Assembly: GCA_041586955.1 (NCBI GenBank)
Contig: JBFGZE010000013.1
Coordinates: forward strand, 1 to 53,341
DNA from: Bacteriovoracaceae bacterium
Lineage (GTDB): Bacteria; Bdellovibrionota; Bacteriovoracia; Bacteriovoracales; Bacteriovoracaceae
Direction: 5' to 3'
Length of the DNA stretch: 53,341 nt
The position numbers were made by a program, and so were the translations under genes. The notes beneath the pieces are model-generated. The model worked only from the letters and a program-made list of their open reading frames with translations, was not told where the DNA came from and made no database searches. The stretch's first letter is position 1; each line of letters starts with the position of its first letter. Shown here one piece after another: positions 38,632 through 46,951 of this stretch.

Positions 38632-40797
38632 ATGAAACATCTATTATTTTGTATTTTAATTGGGATTGTCTCTTGTGTACCTGAACACAAAACTGGTGAA
38701 AAATTTGAATTAATCACTTCCGATAGGGAAGATAATTTTGCGGCAATTAATGGTGCCGATCTTTATCAAGTCAACTGTGCCAGCTGTCATGGTAATATTG
38801 AGGCCTCCACAAGAAGAGGCTCATCTGCTGAATCTATCTCTCAGGCCATCTTAACTATTCCTAATATGGGTCATTTAAAACAATTAACGAGTCTCGAAAT
38901 AAGTGCTATTGCGATAGAACTTAAAGATGTATCGCCAGTGCTTACAACTGAGACACCAGTACCAGCGCCAGTACCAGCACCAGCACCGGTACCAGAACCA
39001 AAACCTGTCGTGACAAACCTCGGTGTATCAAAAATTGATTTATATGATGTGAGTAATAAAAGAAATATTACTAGTCTTAGTGATAATCAAATTGTTGAAT
39101 ATGCTAAGACATCTCTTGCCTTTGTGGTAGAGGGAGAGGCCGCAGTTGAAAGTGTTCGTATTCAAATATTTAAATCTTCTGATTTATCCAAGCCGGCCTA
39201 TGAAATAGTTGAAAGTGGAGTGCCTTATGTTTACCCGGGAGATAGTGGAGGGGTACCATTTGGCATGGATCTTCCTTTTGGCGCTTATCAAATAAAAGTA
39301 ACTCCTTATTCAGAGAATAAATTAGGGGGCGATAAAGGTGTCGTTAAAATCATCAATTTTAAATTACAAGAAAAAGGAATAGTAGAAGCACCAACACCAA
39401 CACCAACACCAGCACCAGCACCGGTACCAGAACCAGTACCAGCTCCAACACCAGCACCAGAACCGAGTGCTAATTCAGAGTTCGAATTACTTAATGTAAC
39501 TGGAAGCAATAGCGATCTCGTTGAGGGAACGTTTACTCCATCAAGTAAGGCGACCTTGGCCAATTCTGGGACGCAGTCGAAACGATCAATCCATCAGGGG
39601 GGCTTTGGTACTAATTCGGTATGTGGCCTGAGAGGACGAGTCATTAAAGTGACGAACCTAAATGATAGCGGTCCTGGATCATTAAGGGATGCGGTAAGTA
39701 AGACAGAAGCAAGAACAATTGTTTTTGAAGTTTCCGGTGCCATTAAATTAAGATCGCGCCTTGATGTTAATTCTCCATTTCTCACAATCGCAGGTCAAAC
39801 AGCACCAGCTCCAGGGATTTCGCTCTATCACCATTCACTGAGAATTAATACACACGATGTTTGTTTACAGCATTTTCGAGTTCGTCTCGGTGACCGTGAT
39901 CATAATTTAAACCTCATTAGTTCATCTCAGGCGGATCAAGCGGACGCCTTGATGATCGTTGGAGGGAGAAACCCAGGGGGAACGCATAACGTGGTTCTCG
40001 ATAATATGTCTATCAGCTGGTCTTTAGATGAGAGTATCTCAATGTGGGGAGGTATTTCTAATGTTACCATTCGTGACTCAATTATTGCTGAACCTCTAAG
40101 AAAGAGTGTTCACAAAAATGAAAATCATGCCTATTGCCTCCTTATTCGGAGTGAGAGTGAAAGAATTTCGCTCATCGGAAATTTATTTGGCCATTGTCAA
40201 AGACGTTCACCTCGAATGGATGGCGGAACATTGCAATACGTAAATAACTTAGTTTACAACCCTGGTGAATATGCTGTTCATGTACACGATTTGCCAATTG
40301 ATGTAACAATGGTTGGTAATATCATAGATTTCCCCAGCGACCCCAATAATCGCTGGGAACACGGTGGTGCAAAAGAATTTTTTGCGAGTCGAAGTACTGA
40401 CTCGAAAGTTTATTTTCTTGGTAATAGGACCTTCGAAAATCGTCCCTTGCACGCGGCCCGCATGCAAGGAGACCCAGTTGTTATACAATCTGTCCCAAGA
40501 GTGTGGGAGGGGAATGTAAAGGCACTTACGGCAGCGGAAGTTCAAAAGTCGACACCCGACTGGGTAGGAGCATTTCCACGGTATCGTGATGTTGTTGATA
40601 CTCGAATTATTAAAGGAGTAAGAACACGCACAGGAACATATTTGGATTCTCAAATGATGGTTAATGGCGGTTATGTTTATATCGAGGAAAACAGGAGAGC
40701 TCTGACGGTTCCTAAAGATCCGCAGAAAGATGATGATGGTGATGGCATCTCAAATTTAGTTGAATGGCTGCAGTTTTATACTGACTTGGTTGAGTAA
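38632..40797 (+). CDS. Lipoprotein: cytochrome c domain + Ig-like domain + PL1-like polysaccharide lyase
   Basis: Lipobox IVSC; CASCH heme motif; Pro-rich linkers; VTNLNDSGPGSLR, TIAGQTAP, RSPR; C-terminal DDDGDG. Confidence 0.8.
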   Translation: MKHLLFCILIGIVSCVPEHKTGEKFELITSDREDNFAAINGADLYQVNCASCHGNIEASTRRGSSAESISQAILTIPNMGHLKQLTSLEISAIAIELKDVSPVLTTETPVPAPVPAPAPVPEPKPVVTNLGVSKIDLYDVSNKRNITSLSDNQIVEYAKTSLAFVVEGEAAVESVRIQIFKSSDLSKPAYEIVESGVPYVYPGDSGGVPFGMDLPFGAYQIKVTPYSENKLGGDKGVVKIINFKLQEKGIVEAPTPTPTPAPAPVPEPVPAPTPAPEPSANSEFELLNVTGSNSDLVEGTFTPSSKATLANSGTQSKRSIHQGGFGTNSVCGLRGRVIKVTNLNDSGPGSLRDAVSKTEARTIVFEVSGAIKLRSRLDVNSPFLTIAGQTAPAPGISLYHHSLRINTHDVCLQHFRVRLGDRDHNLNLISSSQADQADALMIVGGRNPGGTHNVVLDNMSISWSLDESISMWGGISNVTIRDSIIAEPLRKSVHKNENHAYCLLIRSESERISLIGNLFGHCQRRSPRMDGGTLQYVNNLVYNPGEYAVHVHDLPIDVTMVGNIIDFPSDPNNRWEHGGAKEFFASRSTDSKVYFLGNRTFENRPLHAARMQGDPVVIQSVPRVWEGNVKALTAAEVQKSTPDWVGAFPRYRDVVDTRIIKGVRTRTGTYLDSQMMVNGGYVYIEENRRALTVPKDPQKDDDGDGISNLVEWLQFYTDLVE
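38956..39000 (+). repeat. Hexamer (CCAGCA-type) tandem repeat encoding Pro-rich linker 1
   Basis: Encodes PVPAPVPAPAPVPEP. Confidence 0.85.
39391..39465 (+). repeat. Hexamer tandem repeat encoding Pro-rich linker 2
   Basis: Encodes PTPTPTPAPAPVPEPVPAPTPAPEP; shares a 28-bp identical block with linker 1. Confidence 0.85.
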
Positions 40798-41074
40798 TCA
40801 CGGTATTGCGCTTAAGAGAGTTTAAAATTTATGACGGATAAATCATTAAGCTTCTTCATCGATGCTGTGAGGATGGCCAAAAAAGTATCCTCAATGTCTA
40901 GAGTATTAAGAAAATAATATGGGGACTTGTTAAAGCTAGGAATTTGGTCTGCAACTTAAAATTAAGTTTTGATTTGATAAAAAATAATTCCCGGAACAAA
41001 TCAATAGGCCTAATTGCAAGCGCCTCAGCGTTATGCTTGCTGTCGGGCGCCTGGTAAAGTTTTTGCGACGTTAT

Positions 41075-42139
41075 TTACAGTTTGGCCAAATAGCGCCAAT
41101 TAAAGGGGTCCTCAGCGCGTCCCTCTTGAATATCCAAAAGAGCAGCCTTGATTTTTTTTGCCACGGGACCTTCACTAAAAGGTAATTTGAATTGCTCTGT
41201 TTTGGTACCAAATAATTCAATCGGCGTGATGATAACAGCAGTACCGCATGAAAAGCATTCGCTACAACGACCTTCTTTGATCGCCGTCGCTAACTCTGTA
41301 AAAGTTATGGGACGTTCCTCTATTGGCATTTTTAAATACTTGGCCAATTGAATAAGGGATTTGCGAGTAATGCCGTTAAGAATGGTATTGGTGAGAGCTG
41401 GAGTAATGATGACATCATCAATGACCGCAAAAAAGTTCATTCCGGAGAGCTCTTCAATATATTTTTTTTCAAGTGCATCAAGCCACAGCACTTGCATATA
41501 GCCCAATTTATTGGCGCTTAGGGTTGATTGAAGGCTTGCGGCATAATTGCCACCAGTCTTAGCAGCACCGACACCCCCTGGGCAAGCGCGGATCGCCTCC
41601 TCTTCAACAAAGACAGAGAGGGAGCCAGATTTAAAATAAGCAGTTGAAGGGGAGGCAACGACCATAAAAAGAAATTCTTCACTGGGTTTAATGCCTAAGC
41701 TATTTTCTGTCGCGAACATAAAGGGTCGCACATAAAGGGAGTCACCAGTTTTTGGCGGGATAAAGTCTTTTGAGTAATGAGTAATGGCGGTGACGGCCTC
41801 AAGAAAAAACTCCTCTGGTATTGAAGGCATCGCCATTCTTTCTGCAGACATATTAAAGCGCTTTAAGTTTTCATCTGGGCGGAAAAGAAAGGGACCTTCC
41901 TTATCTACGTGGTAGGCCTTCATCCCTTCAAAAATTTCTTGAGCATAATGAAGAACTTTGGCGGTGGGGTCGAGAGTGATTGGGGCATAGGGCAGCAATT
42001 CCAGTGGGCCCCATTCTCCCTTTTTATAAGTACAAGTCACCATTATAGGTGAAAGAACTTTTCCAAAGCCAATCTCTTCGGGCATGGTAAAATTCTCAAG
42101 AGCTGTTAATACCTCAGGATGAACCTTTAGATGTTTCAT
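41075..42139 (-). CDS. ilvE: Branched-chain amino acid aminotransferase
   Basis: LHYAQEIFEGMKAY, LFRPDEN, AKTGGNYA (PLP Lys), ILNGITRKS, GTAVIITP. Confidence 0.96.
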   Translation of the reverse strand: MKHLKVHPEVLTALENFTMPEEIGFGKVLSPIMVTCTYKKGEWGPLELLPYAPITLDPTAKVLHYAQEIFEGMKAYHVDKEGPFLFRPDENLKRFNMSAERMAMPSIPEEFFLEAVTAITHYSKDFIPPKTGDSLYVRPFMFATENSLGIKPSEEFLFMVVASPSTAYFKSGSLSVFVEEEAIRACPGGVGAAKTGGNYAASLQSTLSANKLGYMQVLWLDALEKKYIEELSGMNFFAVIDDVIITPALTNTILNGITRKSLIQLAKYLKMPIEERPITFTELATAIKEGRCSECFSCGTAVIITPIELFGTKTEQFKLPFSEGPVAKKIKAALLDIQEGRAEDPFNWRYLAKL

Positions 42140-42190
42140 TGACGATCCTTAAAAATTAATTGAGTTGTTTTCTGGGGGTGCTGAGGAAAA

Positions 42191-42265
42191 TGGTAGGGCC
42201 GGGCAGGATTGAACTGCCGACCCCTACGATGTCAACGTAGTGCTCTCCCACTGAGCTACGGCCCT
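42191..42265 (-). tRNA. tRNA-Val(GAC)
   Basis: Minus strand reads AGGGCCGTAGCTCAGTGGGAGAGCACTACGTT-GAC-ATCGTAGGGGTCGGCAGTTCAATCCTGCCCGGCCCTACCA; full cloverleaf with CCA. Confidence 0.97.
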
Positions 42266-42281
42266 CCAAATTTGTGGACAT

Positions 42282-42310
42282 AGACTATCTTGGCCAATAA
42301 ACTCCGTCAA
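42282..42310 (-). promoter_or_regulatory. Sigma70-type promoter for tRNA-Val
   Basis: TTGACG-N17-TAGTCT on the minus strand. Confidence 0.65.
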
Positions 42311-42354
42311 TCATTAATCCGATTCTAATTGTGACACTCTTTAAAAAATGATTT

Positions 42355-44016
42355 ATGATATCCGTCATGTCAAAACGATTACACCGCGGCCTGCCTGGTC
42401 TCCTTATTCATCAATTTCGTGAATTTTATTATTTTTATTTAGCGGCATTTTTATGTCTTGCGTTGACGCATTGGACCCAAGGTCATTTGCCGGTACTTGC
42501 GAGAGACTTGGCCTTGGTTGTTACAGGTAAAGGAGGGGAGTTCTCCCCATGGATATTTGTGCTTTTGGCCGTTGGCATCATCTTTTTTAGAACTGGCTCG
42601 CGGCTTTTATTCTTTTACCCTGCTCGCATTTTGCAAAAATTATTGCGTTTAGAAATTCTTGATATTTTAGAATCGGCCTGCCCATTGCGCTATGAGCATC
42701 ATTCGTCAGGACAATTATTCCAGGTGATTAGTCAGGACATGGATCAATTGCGGGCGCTTATTGGCTTTGCGCTTTTACAAGTTGGTAATATCGTTATAGC
42801 ACTTGTTGTCTTATTGCCAAAATTGGCGAGCTTCCACCCACGTTTAGTTGAGGCGCTGACTCCAATGGCGGTGTGTTTTATTTTATTTTCTTTGGTGGTT
42901 AGTCGCAACCGCACTCATTACCGCCGCTCTCAAGATGCTCAAGGTGAAGTACAAAATATTATCATCGAAAGTTACTTAGGTAAGAAAACAATTAAAAACT
43001 ACCATGCGGAAAAATCTTTTAAAGAATTATTCGCCGCCTCTTCACATAAAGAGTTATGGCATTTTTATCGAGCAGGTAAGACCATTGCAGGTGCTATTGG
43101 GCTAGTCGAATTAGGTGTCGGTCTTAGCCTCGTTTGGGGAGGCTACCTTATTCAATTGGAAAATATGGGCGCAGAAATGCTGGTTTTATTTTCAGGCTTC
43201 GTGTTTCTTTTTTTAGAACCTATGATGTTTGTCTCCTGGATAGGAGTGGTCTTATCAAGATCCCATGGCTCATGGAGTCGAATTAAAGAATTGATCGGCG
43301 ATATGGAAAGAGAGTCTCATAAAGAAAAAGAATTGAAGAGTTTTCCCTTGGCGGTTGGGGACTCTATTGAGACGGTCCTCCCATTTTGGCAAACGTCTTT
43401 AAAATTTTCATTTAAAAGTCATCGATGGCATGCCCTGGTGGGCCCAACAGGTCATGGTAAAACCCATCTTCTTCATTTATTGGCCTTAAAATTAAAGAAT
43501 GCCGGTCATTCTATTTCCCTGGTGGCGCAAGAGCCATACCTCTATAACGACACAATTGAAGATAATATTTTTCTCGGACGTATTCCAAAAGAGGAAGATT
43601 TAAAGGAAGCTCAGAATTGGCTGCATTTAATGGGACTAGATATTTTATCGGCGGATATCAAATCACTTTTACAATTAGAAGTAGGCGAAAATGGTAAACG
43701 TTTAAGTGGCGGTCAGGCCAAGCGCTTGTCCTTAGTTCGCTCTTTAATGTCTCATGCCGATATCATCCTTTGGGATGATCCTTTTAGCTCTATTGATGTT
43801 ATTTTAGAGAAACAAATCATTGCCTCGCTTAAAGAAAGTCCCCTTCTCAGGGATAAAACCATCATCCTTTCGACTCATCGCTTGACGACGGTATGTCAAT
43901 GTGATGATGTTTTTTATATCGATAAGATCGAAGGTCTGGTGGAAAAGGGAAATGTGCAAACGTTATTAACTCAAAAAGGGAAAACATATGATTATTTCGC
44001 CGGACAAATGGTCTAG
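42355..44016 (+). CDS. ABC exporter half-transporter (MdlA-like), degenerate Walker B
   Basis: TMD + NBD; GPTGHGKT, LSGGQ, IILWDD. Confidence 0.88.
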   Translation: MISVMSKRLHRGLPGLLIHQFREFYYFYLAAFLCLALTHWTQGHLPVLARDLALVVTGKGGEFSPWIFVLLAVGIIFFRTGSRLLFFYPARILQKLLRLEILDILESACPLRYEHHSSGQLFQVISQDMDQLRALIGFALLQVGNIVIALVVLLPKLASFHPRLVEALTPMAVCFILFSLVVSRNRTHYRRSQDAQGEVQNIIIESYLGKKTIKNYHAEKSFKELFAASSHKELWHFYRAGKTIAGAIGLVELGVGLSLVWGGYLIQLENMGAEMLVLFSGFVFLFLEPMMFVSWIGVVLSRSHGSWSRIKELIGDMERESHKEKELKSFPLAVGDSIETVLPFWQTSLKFSFKSHRWHALVGPTGHGKTHLLHLLALKLKNAGHSISLVAQEPYLYNDTIEDNIFLGRIPKEEDLKEAQNWLHLMGLDILSADIKSLLQLEVGENGKRLSGGQAKRLSLVRSLMSHADIILWDDPFSSIDVILEKQIIASLKESPLLRDKTIILSTHRLTTVCQCDDVFYIDKIEGLVEKGNVQTLLTQKGKTYDYFAGQMV

Positions 44017-45739
44017 TTTCTTCCTTTTTCAGGGAGGGCGTCGTTACCTATTGGGGATGGCCTTTTGCCTGGCCCTATCGGCCGTTCTTGGCGGTCAGGT
44101 GCCGCATGCCATTACGAATCTCGCTAACTTTTATGGAACCTCACGTTTTAATGAAGGCCTTATTCTTTTAACGGCAATTTTCGTCGGGACTTATTTTAAT
44201 CGTGCTCTTTATCAAATCGTTATTAATAAATACATTCTTCTACTTATCCAGCATGTCCGGACTTGGTGTTATAATCAATGGCTGGACACCCATGAGGTGC
44301 AAACTTCCACTAAAAATACATCTGATCGCTACCCGCAGGGGGAATTATTAGCTCGTATGATGAATGACACCGAGTCTGTGCGCGAACTCATTACCTCCGG
44401 AACTTTTGCGATCTTTATTAATCTTTTCTTTGTGGCCTCCTGCTTAATCCAATTTATGACATTGAACCCCAAAATGGGAGGACTATTGGCCGTGGCCGAA
44501 GTCCTCTGCGCAGTTCTTCTCATTTTTGGCTCACGCTCTATGCGAGATATCTTTTTAAAAGTACGGCGTTCTCGCGGTATTATGTCGCGCACCTTGGCCA
44601 ATTTGGTCGGTGGTGTTTCTCAAACTTATTATTCCAATCATAATCATTACGCCTTAAAAAAAGGTGAAGTGGCCTTCGACGACTTTCTTAAGAATATTTT
44701 AAAGTCGAATATTTACGATGCCTCTTATTATTCTGTGGCGGAGAGCTTATACCCATTACTTTTGTTATTAGTTGGTTTTGCTTTTCCCTATGTGGAAATC
44801 CAACAGGCGGCGATTGTTTTGGCGTTGGTCGATCTCATTCAGCGATCCATTAATCCGATTAAGGAAATTGCATCTAAAGTGGCCAATATTCAACGCGCCT
44901 ATACTGGATTTTTGCGAATCTCAGAGTTCCTAAAAGACTTAGATCCGAGGCCTAGTGAAGATCCCTTATGGACTGAGGGGATTAAGTCGATGAAGGTTGA
45001 TGTAAAGGAGTTTTCCTATCCTGAAAAAGGCGGGGAGAGGTTTCAATTAAAAAATATCTCTTTCGAGGCGAAAGCATCAGAAATGATTGGACTGGTGGGT
45101 TTATCGGGCTCAGGAAAATCGACGTTATTACAAATTCTGACTCAAACAGTTATTCAAGATAAGGGCACCATTGAATTGAGCTATGATTCGGGCAAGACTC
45201 TCATTGTGAATCATGATGATGAAAATAGCCGCCAGCAGTATAAATATTGCATCGGATTGGTTAGCCAGGAGTCCCATCTCTTTTCAGAAAGTCTTTACTT
45301 TAATATTGGCCTCAATCAAAAGACCCGCGAGGAGTTCGATACCTTTTGGAACAAAATGAAGGTGGAAATTCCCTACCTCGCGGAGTGGGGGATCGATGTA
45401 AATGACGTTATTCATGTGGCCAAACTATCCCTAGGGCAAAAACAATTATTAGCGGCCCTGCGCTCTCTCTTTCTCAATAAGCCTATTGTTCTTTTTGATG
45501 AAATTGCATCTGGCCTGGACACTGCTCTAGAGAGTGCCCTACGCCGCATGGTACAACTGATTCAAGGTGAATGTCTGACTTTCATTGTGGCGCATCGCTT
45601 AGAAACAATTATTGACGCGGACAGAATTTTGGTAATGAATGAAGGCTCCTTAGTGGATTCTGGAAAACATCAAGAGCTTTTACAGAGCTCTTTAATTTAT
45701 CAGGAGTTCTTACAGGAGTTGGCGCATGAGTTTGCTTAG
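43988..45739 (+). CDS. ABC exporter half-transporter (MdlB-like), degenerate signature
   Basis: TMD + NBD; GLSGSGKS, LSLGQ, IVLFDE, AHRL. Confidence 0.88.
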   Translation: MIISPDKWSSFFLFQGGRRYLLGMAFCLALSAVLGGQVPHAITNLANFYGTSRFNEGLILLTAIFVGTYFNRALYQIVINKYILLLIQHVRTWCYNQWLDTHEVQTSTKNTSDRYPQGELLARMMNDTESVRELITSGTFAIFINLFFVASCLIQFMTLNPKMGGLLAVAEVLCAVLLIFGSRSMRDIFLKVRRSRGIMSRTLANLVGGVSQTYYSNHNHYALKKGEVAFDDFLKNILKSNIYDASYYSVAESLYPLLLLLVGFAFPYVEIQQAAIVLALVDLIQRSINPIKEIASKVANIQRAYTGFLRISEFLKDLDPRPSEDPLWTEGIKSMKVDVKEFSYPEKGGERFQLKNISFEAKASEMIGLVGLSGSGKSTLLQILTQTVIQDKGTIELSYDSGKTLIVNHDDENSRQQYKYCIGLVSQESHLFSESLYFNIGLNQKTREEFDTFWNKMKVEIPYLAEWGIDVNDVIHVAKLSLGQKQLLAALRSLFLNKPIVLFDEIASGLDTALESALRRMVQLIQGECLTFIVAHRLETIIDADRILVMNEGSLVDSGKHQELLQSSLIYQEFLQELAHEFA

Positions 45740-45781
45740 GTTATCATTAGACAGATTTAATATTTAGGAAGGAGTTAAACT

Positions 45782-46825
45782 ATGAAATGGCGATTAAGTA
45801 TGGTCTTTCTGACAATCATTCTTTTTATTGGGATATCTTGTCATAAGGAAGTGGAAAGTAAACCAAATTTTATTTTTAAGAAGGCCCCTAATACTCAAAC
45901 TGCAGCAAAAATCTTGGGGAAAGATGTTTCTTATGATGAACTTCATAAAGGTATCGAGAGTGATATTTATGAAGCGGAAATGAAAGTTTATGAATTGAAA
46001 ATGAACCGCTTAAGGGCGCTTGTTTTGGAGCGTTTAATGGCGGCAGATCCCCGTAAAAAGGGGATGAGTAATGATGAATTCTTAGATAAACATATCGCGA
46101 CGGAGATTAAGATTAAGAAAGAAGAAATTGACGCTTTTATTAAAAAACGTCAAATCCCCGCAGAGCATATTAACGATGTTCTCAAAGGAAGAATTGAAAA
46201 ATTCTTAGTCATGGAAAAGAAAAAAGTTGCAGTTGATGCTTGGATTTCAAGCAAGACTTCCAAGCAGCCAGTCGAGGTTTATCTTAATAAGCCGCAAAGG
46301 CCAGTATTTAAAGTTGTTGCCGGTAATTCTCCTTCTATGGGTGCGGCGGACGCTAAGGTGACCGTTGTTGAATTTTCTGATTTTCAATGCCCATTCTGTG
46401 CTAAGGGTGCGGATGTGGTGACTGAATTGAAGAAGAAGTATGGAAATAAGGTGAAAGTTGTTTTTAAAAACTTCCCACTTCCTTTTCATAATCATGCCGA
46501 AAAGGCCGCCCAAGCGGGGTTATGTGCCCATGATCAAGGCAAAGATAATTTCTGGAAAATGCACGATAAGATGTTTGCTGATCAGGCAAAACTTGATGAA
46601 AGTGGTTTGAAAGAGACAGCGAAAGCTATTGGCCTAAAGCTTGAGGCCTTTGAAAAATGCCTCACCTCTAATAAGTTCAAAGGACAAGTTGCCAAGGAAA
46701 TGGAAGAGGGGAGAAGTGTGGGAGTCAAATCGACTCCGACTTTTTTTGTCAACGGTCAAATGGTCAACGGTGCCCAACCAATCGAAGTTTTTGCTGAAAT
46801 TATCGACGAAGAATTGAAGAAATAG
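45782..46825 (+). CDS. DsbA-family thioredoxin-fold lipoprotein with helical N-terminal domain
   Basis: Lipobox GISC; EFSDFQCPFC; KNFPL; GVKSTPTFFVNG. Confidence 0.9.
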   Translation: MKWRLSMVFLTIILFIGISCHKEVESKPNFIFKKAPNTQTAAKILGKDVSYDELHKGIESDIYEAEMKVYELKMNRLRALVLERLMAADPRKKGMSNDEFLDKHIATEIKIKKEEIDAFIKKRQIPAEHINDVLKGRIEKFLVMEKKKVAVDAWISSKTSKQPVEVYLNKPQRPVFKVVAGNSPSMGAADAKVTVVEFSDFQCPFCAKGADVVTELKKKYGNKVKVVFKNFPLPFHNHAEKAAQAGLCAHDQGKDNFWKMHDKMFADQAKLDESGLKETAKAIGLKLEAFEKCLTSNKFKGQVAKEMEEGRSVGVKSTPTFFVNGQMVNGAQPIEVFAEIIDEELKK

Positions 46826-46855
46826 AAATAATTTCAAAGACTTAAATAACCTACT

Positions 46856-46893
46856 AACGCTCGTGGCAATTCTTTCCTCGGGCGTTTTTTTTT
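46856..46893 (+). terminator. Intrinsic terminator
   Basis: AACGCTCG...CGGGCGTT imperfect stem followed by a long T tract. Confidence 0.7.
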
Positions 46894-46951
46894 GCCATTT
46901 AGGGTAGACTCTTTAGAGGAGTATCTTGGCCTTTCCAGGAAGGAAGTCTAA

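Noticed and set aside
38956..39465. Tandem repeats as a possible CRISPR array
   Set aside because: They are in-frame hexamers coding Pro-rich linkers, with no unique spacers and no cas genes
40831..40917. 28-codon ORF after the lyase gene
   Set aside because: No clear RBS or recognisable features
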